Assembly: GCA_022837635.1 (NCBI GenBank)
Contig: JALHFY010000001.1
Location: forward strand, 234,202 to 298,201
From: Candidatus Shapirobacteria bacterium
GTDB lineage: Bacteria; Patescibacteriota; Microgenomatia; UBA12405
DNA: 64,000 nt
Reading direction: 5' to 3'
Part shown: one piece after another, positions 19,715 to 28,676 of the stretch
Layout of the letters: every line of letters begins with the position of its first letter
Numbering within the stretch: the stretch's first letter is position 1
Position numbers and translations under genes: made by a program
Notes under the pieces: generated by a model
What the model saw: the letters and a program-made list of their open reading frames with translations, nothing else
What the model was told of the DNA's origin: nothing
Databases searched by the model: none

Positions 19715-20850
19715 GAGTTAATTTTTTCATAAACAGCTAAGGTTTGGGTAGCAGTTTTGGCCCAGGAAAATTGTTGAGCGTGTTTCAGAGCTTTTTGAGA
19801 AAGGGATTTACGTAAATTGGGGCGGTTGGCTAGTTTTTCAATGGCTTGATAGATGCTGGTGACGGAGGCGGGATTAACCAAAAGTCCTCCTGGACCGGCA
19901 ACTTCAGGTAGGGAGGAAGTGTTACTGGTTAAAACCGGAACACCGACTTGCATGGATTTAACTAAAGGCAGACCGAAGCCTTCATAGAAAGAAGGATAGG
20001 CTAAAAAGAGAGCAGCGGCATGGAGAGGGACCATATCTTTTTCCGGGATATAACCCAGAATTTTGATTTTGGAGTTTTTAAGGTGAAGAATATCTTTACC
20101 CCAGCCATATTTACCACTGATAGCCAACTCTAATTTAGAGTTGGGGAAATGACGACTGAAGCGGTTAAAGGCGGCAATCAGATTTTTAAGATTTTTACGG
20201 GGTTCTCGGGTGCCTTGGGAGAGGATGTAGCGGTCAAGGCCATATTGTTTTTCAATTAGAGAAATCTTTTTCTCTCGGCTTTTTACAGGTAGTTTTTGAA
20301 ATTGAGCGTATTTATTTTCAGCGGCTTCAAAAATGACAGTACATTTTTTTTCCGGAATTTGAGGGAAGATTTTAAGTAAATCTTGTTTGGTATTAGTGGA
20401 GACGCAAATAAAATGATGACATTTTTTGACCGCCCAATACATTTTTTGGGAATGAGTGGAGACAATTTGAGGATGAAGCCAATAGGGATATAAAAAAGGA
20501 GTAAGATCGTGAACAGTGGTTAAAGTTTTGGCTCGCAGGGTGGGTGGTTGAGTCCAATCGGAAGTATGAAAAACATCGCATTTACCGATAAAAAGTTCGA
20601 TGGGTAAAATTCGTAGTTGGTTCCAAGCCAGAGCTAAAAAACTAATCGGTAGACGGAATTTGTAAAGTTTAACGTTGGGGTATCTAGTTAATTTTTCAAT
20701 TTCTGGAGGGATAGGAAGACGGAAAGAAGAGAAAAATAATTTGTAAGAATTAACACGATCTTTTTTAAGCAGATTTTTGATAAGGTTAATAGTGTAGTTA
20801 CTGACACCAGTACCGTAAACTACAGAACACAAGTCAATGCCAATAATCAT
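19711..20850 (-). CDS. Glycosyltransferase family 4
   Basis: C-terminal YEGFGLPLVKSMQVGVPVLTSNTSSLPEV, 379 aa. 4-nt overlap with the downstream GT4. Confidence 0.75.
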   Translation of the reverse strand: MIIGIDLCSVVYGTGVSNYTINLIKNLLKKDRVNSYKLFFSSFRLPIPPEIEKLTRYPNVKLYKFRLPISFLALAWNQLRILPIELFIGKCDVFHTSDWTQPPTLRAKTLTTVHDLTPFLYPYWLHPQIVSTHSQKMYWAVKKCHHFICVSTNTKQDLLKIFPQIPEKKCTVIFEAAENKYAQFQKLPVKSREKKISLIEKQYGLDRYILSQGTREPRKNLKNLIAAFNRFSRHFPNSKLELAISGKYGWGKDILHLKNSKIKILGYIPEKDMVPLHAAALFLAYPSFYEGFGLPLVKSMQVGVPVLTSNTSSLPEVAGPGGLLVNPASVTSIYQAIEKLANRPNLRKSLSQKALKHAQQFSWAKTATQTLAVYEKINS

Positions 20851-21311
20851 AGATGTAGGTCAATTTTATCATCTATTTTAAGTTGTAGTTCTTGGGCGCG
20901 GTGAGCATTAAGTTCAATGACATATTTGGAAGGACGGGAACCGGTATATCTTTTCAATTGAGAATCGGCAGTGTTGCTTTCGGGTTGAGCAGTGAAAATA
21001 TCGGAAATTTGCTGGTTTTGGTCAATAAAAATCATATCTAGAGGGATGAGAGTATCTTTCATCCAAAAACTTTGATGAGCTAAAAAAGGAAAGACGAAAA
21101 GCATGCCACAATTGGGGCATAATTGGTCTCGCTGACTTAAACCTTTAGCTAAAAGATAGGGAGTATCGGCAATTTCTAAGGTGAATTCTTGATTAGCAAT
21201 TGTTTGTTTAATAGTTTTTGGGGCGGTGGGACGGGCGAAATGACGATAGAGATAAGTAGATAAATAAATAAGTAGTAAAAACAGGATAATCAGGAAAAGA
21301 TTTTTTGGCAT
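20847..21311 (-). CDS. DUF192-family protein (secreted/membrane-anchored, unknown function)
   Basis: N-terminal TM, then GLSQRDQL....GMLFVFP......FWMKDTLIPLDMIFID.NQQI matching the DUF192/COG1430 signature. Confidence 0.5.
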   Translation of the reverse strand: MPKNLFLIILFLLLIYLSTYLYRHFARPTAPKTIKQTIANQEFTLEIADTPYLLAKGLSQRDQLCPNCGMLFVFPFLAHQSFWMKDTLIPLDMIFIDQNQQISDIFTAQPESNTADSQLKRYTGSRPSKYVIELNAHRAQELQLKIDDKIDLHL

Positions 21312-22474
21312 AGTTTCTCCCCTATTTTATTCCAAGTGTAGTGATTTTTGAGATAATTGGATGAGTAGATAAGTAGATCAGTAGAAAGATGTTGAGGCAG
21401 AAAGAGAATTTTTTGAGCCAAATCTTGGGGGTTGTCTTTTTGAAAAATCAAGCCAGCACGGGTGTTTTTAATAATTTCCATGGAGGCGGGAATATTGGCA
21501 GCGATAACCGGTTTACCTCGGGCCAGGGCTTCGATTAAAACTAAACCAAAACTTTCTTGAGTGGAAGGAGAAATGAGAACATCGGAGCGGTCAATTAAAG
21601 TCGACAAATAATGATCAGGAAAACTGGTGATGAGTTTAAGGCGTTTTTTGACAGAGCTAGGGAGGGAATTAATCAGTTTTTGAATTTCAGGAAAATAGAG
21701 AGTTTTTTGACCGGCGAGAGTTAGTTGGTAGTTTTCAGGTAAGCGGCAAAAAGCTTTGATGAGGGTAGAAATGCCTTTGTGAGCGGCAAAAGAACCGATA
21801 AAGAGAAGACGAGTAGATGAGTGTTGAGACAAATTAGTGGAGGGATTTTTTTTGATAAAAGAGCTGTCAACACCATTGCCCAGAAGGAGGAGTTTGGACT
21901 TGGGAATACGGAATTTTTTGTGAAAATAATCAGTTTCATGTTGAGTTAAAGTCCAAATAAAATCGGCTGATTTGAGAGTATTCTTCAGAAGAAGGGTATG
22001 AAAATCAGGATCGTTGGGATGAAAAGAGGCGTTGATTAGTACTTTAGGGCTGTAGTGCTTTAGAGTTTTAGAGAGAAAGCGGATTAGACGGGCGTAAGGA
22101 GTCATGAGAGTGGGGAGAGGCCCGGCGAGAATAAAATCAGGCTTAAAACGGAGACTAGAAACTAGAAACGAGAAACTAGATTTTGGGGAAAAAATAGGGC
22201 CTTTGGCCAAAGTTTTAAGGTTGGAGTAGAATCGGCCTAAGAATTTAAGAGGACGGTGAGTCCAGGTCACTACAGGCAGAGCCAAAACATTTTCTTGAAG
22301 ATGAGTAATTTTTTTATACTTTTTGGTAAAGTCGTCGGTAGAAGAGGCGTCGGTGGTGACAACCATGATCTCATGCCCTTGAGAACGGAGATATTCCCCC
22401 ATCTTAAAAATGACTTTGGAACCACCATCAACAGCCGGAGGGTAAATGTGAGTCAGTAGTAAAAATCTGGCCAT
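21290..22474 (-). CDS. Glycosyltransferase family 4
   Basis: C-terminal QESFGLVLIEALARGKPVIAANIPASMEII, 394 aa. First gene of the long minus-strand run (divergent from 22508+). Confidence 0.7.
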   Translation of the reverse strand: MARFLLLTHIYPPAVDGGSKVIFKMGEYLRSQGHEIMVVTTDASSTDDFTKKYKKITHLQENVLALPVVTWTHRPLKFLGRFYSNLKTLAKGPIFSPKSSFSFLVSSLRFKPDFILAGPLPTLMTPYARLIRFLSKTLKHYSPKVLINASFHPNDPDFHTLLLKNTLKSADFIWTLTQHETDYFHKKFRIPKSKLLLLGNGVDSSFIKKNPSTNLSQHSSTRLLFIGSFAAHKGISTLIKAFCRLPENYQLTLAGQKTLYFPEIQKLINSLPSSVKKRLKLITSFPDHYLSTLIDRSDVLISPSTQESFGLVLIEALARGKPVIAANIPASMEIIKNTRAGLIFQKDNPQDLAQKILFLPQHLSTDLLIYSSNYLKNHYTWNKIGEKLCQKIFS

Positions 22475-22507
22475 TTTAGGTATAGTATAGTCAAAGAAAT
22501 AAAAATA
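22475..22507. promoter_or_regulatory. Short divergent intergenic region, presumed bidirectional promoter
   Basis: 33 bp between divergently oriented starts. Contains tandem TATAGT -10-like hexamers (ggTATAGTATAGTc). Inferred from gene geometry only. Confidence 0.25.
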
Positions 22508-23422
22508 ATGAAAAAAATCTTAAACTTTAAAATTTTACAGTTTTTATTTTCGGGATTATTGATTTATTGGGCCTTTAGAAAGGTGGATGTGGGGGGATTA
22601 TTGCAGGAAATGTCTCGAGTGGAATGGTGGTGGATAGTGATTTTATTGGGATATACGGCGATATCGGTGTTGATTGGGGGTTGGCGTTGGGCAATTTTAG
22701 TTTTAGGAAAACCAAAACTTAGGCAAATTTTAGATTTTACCAAGGCGGCTTATGCGGGAGCTTTTTTTGCTCTTTTCTTCCCAACGGCTTTGGGTGGGGA
22801 TTTAGTGAAATGGACCACTTTGATTAAAAAATATCCGGAAGTTTCGAAAATGAAATTGGCCAGTTCGACCTTGATAGACAGAATTGTGGGCTTCAGTGCT
22901 TTTATAACGACAGCAATTATATCATTGTTACTAGGTAAAATTTTGAAATATAATTTTCCGACTTATTTAATGTGGTTGTTTTTGGGACTGGGTGGAGTGA
23001 CGATAATTTTTTATGTAATTGTTTTTCGGGTGGATTTTGAAAAATTATTGGCAAAGTATCAGTTTTTGAACAAGATGGTGGAAGTGATGGATATTTTAAA
23101 AAAGAGTCATCAGGATAGAATTTTAAGGTGTTATGGAATATCGCTAGTGGCTCAATTGTTTTGGTTGTGTCAAGTGTGGTTGGTGGGCCGGGCTTTAGGA
23201 GTGATAATGAATTTTATGGATATATTAATTTTTATGCCGGTAATATCGTTAATTTTAACTTTGCCGATTTCTTGGGCCGGTTTTGGAATGAGAGAAAACT
23301 TGTTTGTCTATTTCTTTTCGACGGTGGGTTACCAACCGGAACAAATGCTGTTAGTATCAACTTTCCTGGGAACTTTGGGAGTGTTGAACGCTCTTTTAGG
23401 TGGTCTTTTATTGATATTCTAG
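22508..23422 (+). CDS. Lysylphosphatidylglycerol-synthase-TM-region-like (UPF0104 flippase-like) membrane protein
   Basis: 304 aa polytopic protein. N-terminus FLFSGLLIYWAFRKVD......W.WIVILLGYTAISVLIGGWRW resembles the LPG_synthase_TM / flippase-like domain family. Confidence 0.5.
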   Translation: MKKILNFKILQFLFSGLLIYWAFRKVDVGGLLQEMSRVEWWWIVILLGYTAISVLIGGWRWAILVLGKPKLRQILDFTKAAYAGAFFALFFPTALGGDLVKWTTLIKKYPEVSKMKLASSTLIDRIVGFSAFITTAIISLLLGKILKYNFPTYLMWLFLGLGGVTIIFYVIVFRVDFEKLLAKYQFLNKMVEVMDILKKSHQDRILRCYGISLVAQLFWLCQVWLVGRALGVIMNFMDILIFMPVISLILTLPISWAGFGMRENLFVYFFSTVGYQPEQMLLVSTFLGTLGVLNALLGGLLLIF

Positions 23423-23706
23423 ATTTTAAGATAAAGTGTGGTCTCTAAACCTTGAGCGATTTTTTTCAATAGAGAGATAGAAGGATTGGCATTCATGGAT
23501 TCGAGACGACTGATGACTGCTTGGGTAGTTTGAGATTTTTTGGCCAAATCTCTTTGGGACATTTTTTTACGAAGACGTTTTTCAATAATTTGACGTGCCA
23601 AAAGATACTCAGGTTCGGATTCTTGCCAAGCTTTTTTGAATTTGGGATCTTTTAAAGACTGATTAAGATGTTGTCTAAATGTAGGTAATTTTTTAATATC
23701 AATCAT
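23419..23706 (-). CDS. HTH XRE-family antitoxin (HigA-like)
   Basis: 95 aa. MSQRDLAKKSQTTQAVISRLESMNANPSISLLKKIAQGL is a classic Cro/C1 HTH. Directly downstream of a Gp49/HigB-like ORF. Confidence 0.7.
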   Translation of the reverse strand: MIDIKKLPTFRQHLNQSLKDPKFKKAWQESEPEYLLARQIIEKRLRKKMSQRDLAKKSQTTQAVISRLESMNANPSISLLKKIAQGLETTLYLKI

Positions 23707-23730
23707 ACTTTTATGATATCTTAAAAGATA

Positions 23731-24075
23731 TCACTTGTCAATAATTTGATGATAACGGTTTAAAGCGATTTTAATTTCTTTGGATGGAGTTTTTTGTGAT
23801 TTTTTGAAAAATGCATGCAAAATAATAATGTCATTATCAATGACGGTAGCATAAATAATGCGAATATTATCCTGACCTAAAATACGAATCTCCCAAAGTG
23901 GAGTATTGGTAATCTTACGAATATGAGGCTGAATTGAAGAAAGTCCGTATTCTTCCAGATTCGAAAATATTCTAAAAATTTTAGCTTTTTGTTTGGGATT
24001 GAGAGAATCAATCCAATATCGGGGTGTTTGTTTGAGGGAAAGAGTGGGGCTTTGAAAGTAAATGACTTTATTCAT
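23731..24075 (-). CDS. Type II toxin, HigB / phage Gp49-like (RelE superfamily)
   Basis: 114 aa. ..LWEIRILGQDNIRIIYATVIDNDIIILHAFFKKSQKTPSKEIKIALNRY matches the Gp49-like (DUF891) / HigB killer-protein signature. The toxin-first order is typical of higBA. Confidence 0.6.
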   Translation of the reverse strand: MNKVIYFQSPTLSLKQTPRYWIDSLNPKQKAKIFRIFSNLEEYGLSSIQPHIRKITNTPLWEIRILGQDNIRIIYATVIDNDIIILHAFFKKSQKTPSKEIKIALNRYHQIIDK

Positions 24076-24158
24076 GTAATGATTATTACATAAAAAAATA
24101 ATGAGAAAGTGCTAAACTCTTAAAGTTATCTATTTACTACTTATCTAATTATCTAAAA

Positions 24159-25127
24159 ATGATTTTAATTGTCGGTGGGGCCGGGTACATCGGCTCACAT
24201 GTAAACAAACTGTTAAATAAAAATGGCTATGAAACAGTCGTTTTTGATAATTTAGAAAAAGGTCACCGGGAAGCGGTCAAATGGGGTACATTGGAAGTTG
24301 GTGATTTAGGTAATATTGAAGAGATTGAAGCAGTTTTTAATAAATATCCAATTGAGGCGGTTTTTGATTTTGCTTCTTATATCGAGGTGGGTGAATCGGT
24401 TAAGGATCCGGAAAAATATTATTTGAACAACGTCAAAAATACTTTGAATTTGTTGTCGGTAATGAGAAAACATAATGTCAATAAAATTATTTTTTCCTCA
24501 ACAGCGGCGGTCTTTGGTATGCCGGAACGGATACCTATTAGCGAGGATGATGCGAAACAACCTATTAATCCCTATGGTAAGACTAAATTAATGGTGGAAA
24601 ATATTTTCAAGGATTATGATGCCGCCTATGGTTTAAGATTTGTGGCTTTCAGATACTTCAATGCTTGCGGAGCGGACAAGGATGGAGAAATCGGTGAATG
24701 GCATGAGCCAGAAAGTCATCTAATTCCCATACTTTTGGAAGTGGCTCAAGGTAAAAGAGAATTTTTTCAATTAAACGGGACGGATTATGCCACCGAGGAT
24801 GGAACCTGCATCAGAGATTATGTCCATGTGGAAGATTTGGCTCAAGCGCATTTATTAGGATTAAAACATCTATTGGATGGCGGTGAGAGTAAATTTTATA
24901 ACCTGGGTTCAGGTAAGGGTTATTCCAACAAACAAGTTATGGAGACGGCCAAAGAAGTCACCGGAGTTGATTTTAAGGTGGTTTATGGTCCTCGACGTGC
25001 AGGTGATCCGGATAAATTATTGGCCAGTTCGGAAAAAATAAAACAAGAATTGGGTTGGGAACCTAAATATACCGACTTAAAAGAAATAATTCAGACTGCT
25101 TGGAATTGGCAGCAGAAGAAAAATTAA
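24159..25127 (+). CDS. galE: UDP-glucose 4-epimerase
   Basis: MILIVGGAGYIGSH Rossmann start, S..YG.TK catalytic region (PYGKTKLMVE), ends DPD.L.A, 322 aa. Confidence 0.85.
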   Translation: MILIVGGAGYIGSHVNKLLNKNGYETVVFDNLEKGHREAVKWGTLEVGDLGNIEEIEAVFNKYPIEAVFDFASYIEVGESVKDPEKYYLNNVKNTLNLLSVMRKHNVNKIIFSSTAAVFGMPERIPISEDDAKQPINPYGKTKLMVENIFKDYDAAYGLRFVAFRYFNACGADKDGEIGEWHEPESHLIPILLEVAQGKREFFQLNGTDYATEDGTCIRDYVHVEDLAQAHLLGLKHLLDGGESKFYNLGSGKGYSNKQVMETAKEVTGVDFKVVYGPRRAGDPDKLLASSEKIKQELGWEPKYTDLKEIIQTAWNWQQKKN

Positions 25128-25128
25128 A

Positions 25129-26421
25129 ATGAAAAAAATAACAGTAATCGGTACCGGTTATGTAGGTTTGGTCACCGGGGCTTGTTTGGCCGATATCGGT
25201 CATCAAGTGATTTGTGTTGATATTGATAAGAAAAAGATTGAAAAGTTAAAAAAAGGGATTATCCCGATTTATGAACCGGGATTGGAGGAGATTGTTGATA
25301 AAAATTTTAAGTCGGGTAATTTACAATTTACCACTGACACTAAAAGTGCCGTTGAAGCTTCAGAAGTAATTTTTATTGCCGTGGGTACACCCTCTTTGCC
25401 CGATGGCACGGTCAATTTGGATTATGTGAAGTCGGCGGCTGAGGATATCGCCAAGGCTATGAATGGATACAAGGTGATTGTAGATAAATCAACAGTACCG
25501 GTGGGAACCGGTGATGTGGTGGGAAGGACTATTAGTCAATATTATTCAGGTGACTTTGATGTAGTATCTAACCCAGAATTCTTAAAAGAGGGTGATGCGG
25601 TGAAAGATTTTGTGAATCCGGACAGAATTGTGATTGGCTCCGATAGTAAAAAAGCGGAGGAAATTATGTTGTCTGTTTATGAAAAATTGGGTGGAGAGAG
25701 AGTTTTAACCAGTGTGAAAAACGCTGAGATGATTAAATATGCTTCAAATGCTTATTTGGCCACATCAATTTCTTTTATCAACTCAGTGGCCAATATTTGT
25801 GAAAAGGTGGGGGCTAACGTAGATGAGGTGGCCAGAGGCATGCGAATGGATAAAAGAATTGGACCTTATGCATTTTTGGCGGCAGGAGTGGGTTATGGAG
25901 GTTCTTGTTTTCCGAAAGATGTAAAGGGAATGATTCAGACGGCCAATGAAAACGGAGTCTCTTTTGAAATTTTGGATGCGGTGGAATCGGTCAATGAAGC
26001 GCAGAAAAAATCATTGTTGCCCAAGATTCAAAAATTGTTGGGAGAAGGTTTGTATAATAAAAAAATTGCCATTTGGGGTTTGGCTTTCAAGCCGGAAACT
26101 GATGATGTACGTGAATCCCCTGCTCTAGCCATTATCAAACAATTATATGATCGAGATGTAAAAGTAACTGCTTTTGACCCGATAGCGGCCGAAAATATGA
26201 AAAAAGAAGTTTCAAATTTGGAAACAACAAATGACATGTATGAGGCGATAAAAGATGCCGATTGTTTGGTGATTACTACAGCTTGGAAAATGTTTAAGGA
26301 AGCTGATTTAGATAAAGTAAAATCTTTATTAAAGTCTCCAAACATAGTCGATGGTCGAAATCTGTTTGATTTGAAAAAAATGAAAGAAATGGGTTTTAAT
26401 TACTTGTCGGTGGGACGATAA
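25129..26421 (+). CDS. ugd: UDP-glucose 6-dehydrogenase
   Basis: MKKITVIGTGYVGLVTGACLADIGHQVICVDID, GGSCFPKD catalytic Cys motif, 430 aa. Start overlaps the galE stop. Confidence 0.85.
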   Translation: MKKITVIGTGYVGLVTGACLADIGHQVICVDIDKKKIEKLKKGIIPIYEPGLEEIVDKNFKSGNLQFTTDTKSAVEASEVIFIAVGTPSLPDGTVNLDYVKSAAEDIAKAMNGYKVIVDKSTVPVGTGDVVGRTISQYYSGDFDVVSNPEFLKEGDAVKDFVNPDRIVIGSDSKKAEEIMLSVYEKLGGERVLTSVKNAEMIKYASNAYLATSISFINSVANICEKVGANVDEVARGMRMDKRIGPYAFLAAGVGYGGSCFPKDVKGMIQTANENGVSFEILDAVESVNEAQKKSLLPKIQKLLGEGLYNKKIAIWGLAFKPETDDVRESPALAIIKQLYDRDVKVTAFDPIAAENMKKEVSNLETTNDMYEAIKDADCLVITTAWKMFKEADLDKVKSLLKSPNIVDGRNLFDLKKMKEMGFNYLSVGR

Positions 26422-27344
26422 TTTTTGGCCAGCATCTTTTTTCTATTTTTGAAGACTTCGGAATAGGTGTGGTAGAGATCTCTAGGGATATCTTTGAGAG
26501 GGGTATTTTTAATCAGTCCAGATAAATTGCGGAGACGTTGTTCGATAATAGAAAATAGATTGTCTCTGATTTCTTGTTTGGAGTAATTTTTCCAAATAAT
26601 ATAAAACCAGTTTTTAGCATCCATACGATGACGAAAATTACCCATTTTACGGCTGGTAGCGCCACCCAGGTGATAAGAGATGGCTAGAGGTATATATAAA
26701 GTTTTGTAATCGAGATTATGAAGACGGAGAGCCAGGTCAACATCCTCTTCGTAGGCAAAAAAATCTTCATCAAAGGCACCGACTTGATTAAAGATTTGAC
26801 GATTGTAAGCGGTCAGAGCGGCGTTGGCACCCCAAATTAGATGATTAGATGAGTAGTTTTTTAGAGAAGTAGAGGAAAATTTTTTGCCATTGTTGATGTT
26901 GTCGCATTTACCGGAGTAGTAAAATTTCAAACCTTGGGATTCAAAATGAGTGCCACTGTAATTCAAAACTGTGCCGGTAATGGCAGCTAGTTTTGGATCT
27001 TTATTTTGAGTAATAGTATCTGTTAAATACTTTAACCAGTTTTTATCCATTTTTAGGTCATTGTTACAGACAAGCACCCAGTCGGATTTGGTGGAGGCCA
27101 CTCCCCTATTGACGGCAGCGGCAAAACCATAATTTTTAGTGAGACTGATTAATTGGTGTTTAATTTTATGTTTTTGACAAAAGGTGGTAAAAATTTCCGG
27201 ACTGGTATCGGTTGAGGCATTGTCGACCAAAATAATTTCAATTTTGGTTTTGCTAAAATCAGTGGATTTCTGAAGAGAAGTCAGACAATTGAGTAAATAT
27301 TCTTCACCATTGAGGTTGGGGATAATGACAGAGAGATTAATCAT
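26400..27344 (-). CDS. Glycosyltransferase family 2
   Basis: LSVIIPNLNGEEYLLNCLTSL...ILVDNASTDTS...VCNNDL. 3' end overlaps ugd by 22 nt (convergent). Confidence 0.75.
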   Translation of the reverse strand: MINLSVIIPNLNGEEYLLNCLTSLQKSTDFSKTKIEIILVDNASTDTSPEIFTTFCQKHKIKHQLISLTKNYGFAAAVNRGVASTKSDWVLVCNNDLKMDKNWLKYLTDTITQNKDPKLAAITGTVLNYSGTHFESQGLKFYYSGKCDNINNGKKFSSTSLKNYSSNHLIWGANAALTAYNRQIFNQVGAFDEDFFAYEEDVDLALRLHNLDYKTLYIPLAISYHLGGATSRKMGNFRHRMDAKNWFYIIWKNYSKQEIRDNLFSIIEQRLRNLSGLIKNTPLKDIPRDLYHTYSEVFKNRKKMLAKNYRPTDK

Positions 27345-27387
27345 GACTTATTTAATCATTAAAAGTTAAATTTGTTTAGTGTAAAAT
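27345..27387. promoter_or_regulatory. Divergent intergenic region, presumed promoter(s)
   Basis: 43 bp between divergent GT2 starts. Contains TGTAAAAT (extended -10-like). Geometry-based inference. Confidence 0.2.
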
Positions 27388-28101
27388 TTGGTAGTGAAGA
27401 AAATAAAAAAATTATCCATTGTAGTGCCAGTTTATAACGAAGAAAAAACAATTGAAAAATCACTCGAGCGACTATTTAATGTAGATTTTGGCACAATTAA
27501 ATTGGAAGTGATAGTGGTTAATGACGGCTCTAAAGATAAGACATTACAAGTGTTAAATACTTTAAGAAAAAAATATCCTTTTAAGTTAATTAGTTATAAG
27601 AAGAATAGAGGGAAAAGTTATGCTCTGAGACAGGGTTTTACTAAAACGACAGGTGATGTAGTAACGGTGCAAGATGGCGATTTGGAATATGATCCCAGCG
27701 ATTTCAAAAAGATGTTAAAGAAAATGTCTCAAAAAGAAGTGAAGGTGGTCTATGGTTCGCGGAGGTTAAATAAGAATAATAAACAGTACTCAGGTTTGAG
27801 TTTTTATTTGGGAGGTTTGCTATTAACTGAGATGGTGAATGTTTTATATGGAGGCAAAATTACCGATGAGCCGACATGTTACAAAATGTTTGAAGGTGAT
27901 TTATTAAGAAGTATTCCGTTAAAGTCCAATCGATTTGAATTTTGTCCCGAGGTGACAGCTAAGGTTTTAAGGAAAGGGATTCCGATTTATGAAGTACCGA
28001 TTTCTTATCAACCCCGTCATGCGGGTGAGGGTAAAAAAATAAAATTAAGAGATTTTTTTGAAGCTGCCTCAACTTTAATTAAGTATAAATTTGTGGATTA
28101 A
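27388..28101 (+). CDS. GT2 polyprenyl-phosphate sugar synthase-like (DPM1/GtrB/ArnC-type)
   Basis: 237 aa soluble GT-A. LSIVVPVYNEEKTIEKSLERL...VIVVNDGSKDKT...VTVQDGDLEYDP (the DGD..YDP region is typical of DPM1-like enzymes). Confidence 0.7.
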   Translation: MVVKKIKKLSIVVPVYNEEKTIEKSLERLFNVDFGTIKLEVIVVNDGSKDKTLQVLNTLRKKYPFKLISYKKNRGKSYALRQGFTKTTGDVVTVQDGDLEYDPSDFKKMLKKMSQKEVKVVYGSRRLNKNNKQYSGLSFYLGGLLLTEMVNVLYGGKITDEPTCYKMFEGDLLRSIPLKSNRFEFCPEVTAKVLRKGIPIYEVPISYQPRHAGEGKKIKLRDFFEAASTLIKYKFVD

Positions 28102-28676
28102 TGGACAGTAAAAATTTTAATCTGTTAGACAGATTCATAGCCACTTGCAGGTTATCCAGAGTCAATAAATATATAGAAAAGGGTGATGTGGTTTTAGATT
28201 TTGGTTGTGGGGCGAGATCTTATTTACTTGAGTCCCATCAAGATAAAATTAAAAAAGGAGTGGGTTTGGATTATGATGTGGAAAATCAAAAGTTTAATAA
28301 GATTGAATATTTAACATTTAAATTTAAAGATAGATTAGTTTTTGATAAGGAATATTTTGATAAAATTTTTTTATTGGCAGTCTTGGAACATATAGAACCC
28401 GAGCAAGTAAAAACTTTATTTAGAGAATTTAAAAAAATATTAAAACCGGAAGGTAAAATTGTCTTAACCACCCCCACTCCGAAAAGTAAGTCTGTTTTAG
28501 AGTGGTTAGCTTTTAGATTAAAGTTAATTTCTGAACAAGAAATCAAAGATCACAAAAAATATTATTCTAAAAAAGATATTTTAGAAATAGCCCAAAATTT
28601 AAATTTAAAAGTCACAATTTATAGATTATTTCAATGTGGTTTAAACAGTTATGCGGTTTTGGAAAAAGTTAATTAG
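28101..28676 (+). CDS. Class I SAM-dependent methyltransferase
   Basis: VLDFGCGARSYL (motif I), LLAVLEHIEPEQ, PEGKIVLTTP. Confidence 0.7.
   Translation: MDSKNFNLLDRFIATCRLSRVNKYIEKGDVVLDFGCGARSYLLESHQDKIKKGVGLDYDVENQKFNKIEYLTFKFKDRLVFDKEYFDKIFLLAVLEHIEPEQVKTLFREFKKILKPEGKIVLTTPTPKSKSVLEWLAFRLKLISEQEIKDHKKYYSKKDILEIAQNLNLKVTIYRLFQCGLNSYAVLEKVN

Noticed and set aside
21361-21385. Recurring 'agtagataag' / 'gtagataagtag' decamer-like motif (also near 56125, 59975, 60105, 60518, 61592, 63330) that could suggest a dispersed repeat or mobile-element end
   Set aside because: All copies lie inside minus-strand membrane-protein genes. They read as Leu/Ile/Tyr/Ser codons (..LIYLSTYL..) of TM helices, many in the paralogous GT-C genes. 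This is codon-composition/paralogy echo, not an independent repeat element.
22142-22176. Tandem 'agaaac(t/g)ag' repeats here and a similar run at 48589-48620, sharing a 13-mer
   Set aside because: Short, inside coding sequence (encodes ..SFSFLVSSL.. on the minus strand). A shared 13-mer is expected by chance in 64 kb of AT-biased sequence. Only the 48.6 kb copy is mentioned in a finding, because it lies in a gene overlap.
24076-24158. 83-bp AT-rich region upstream of galE as a possible regulatory element with repeated 'tatcta' words
   Set aside because: Too short and low-complexity to distinguish from a generic promoter/UTR. No clear palindromic operator.
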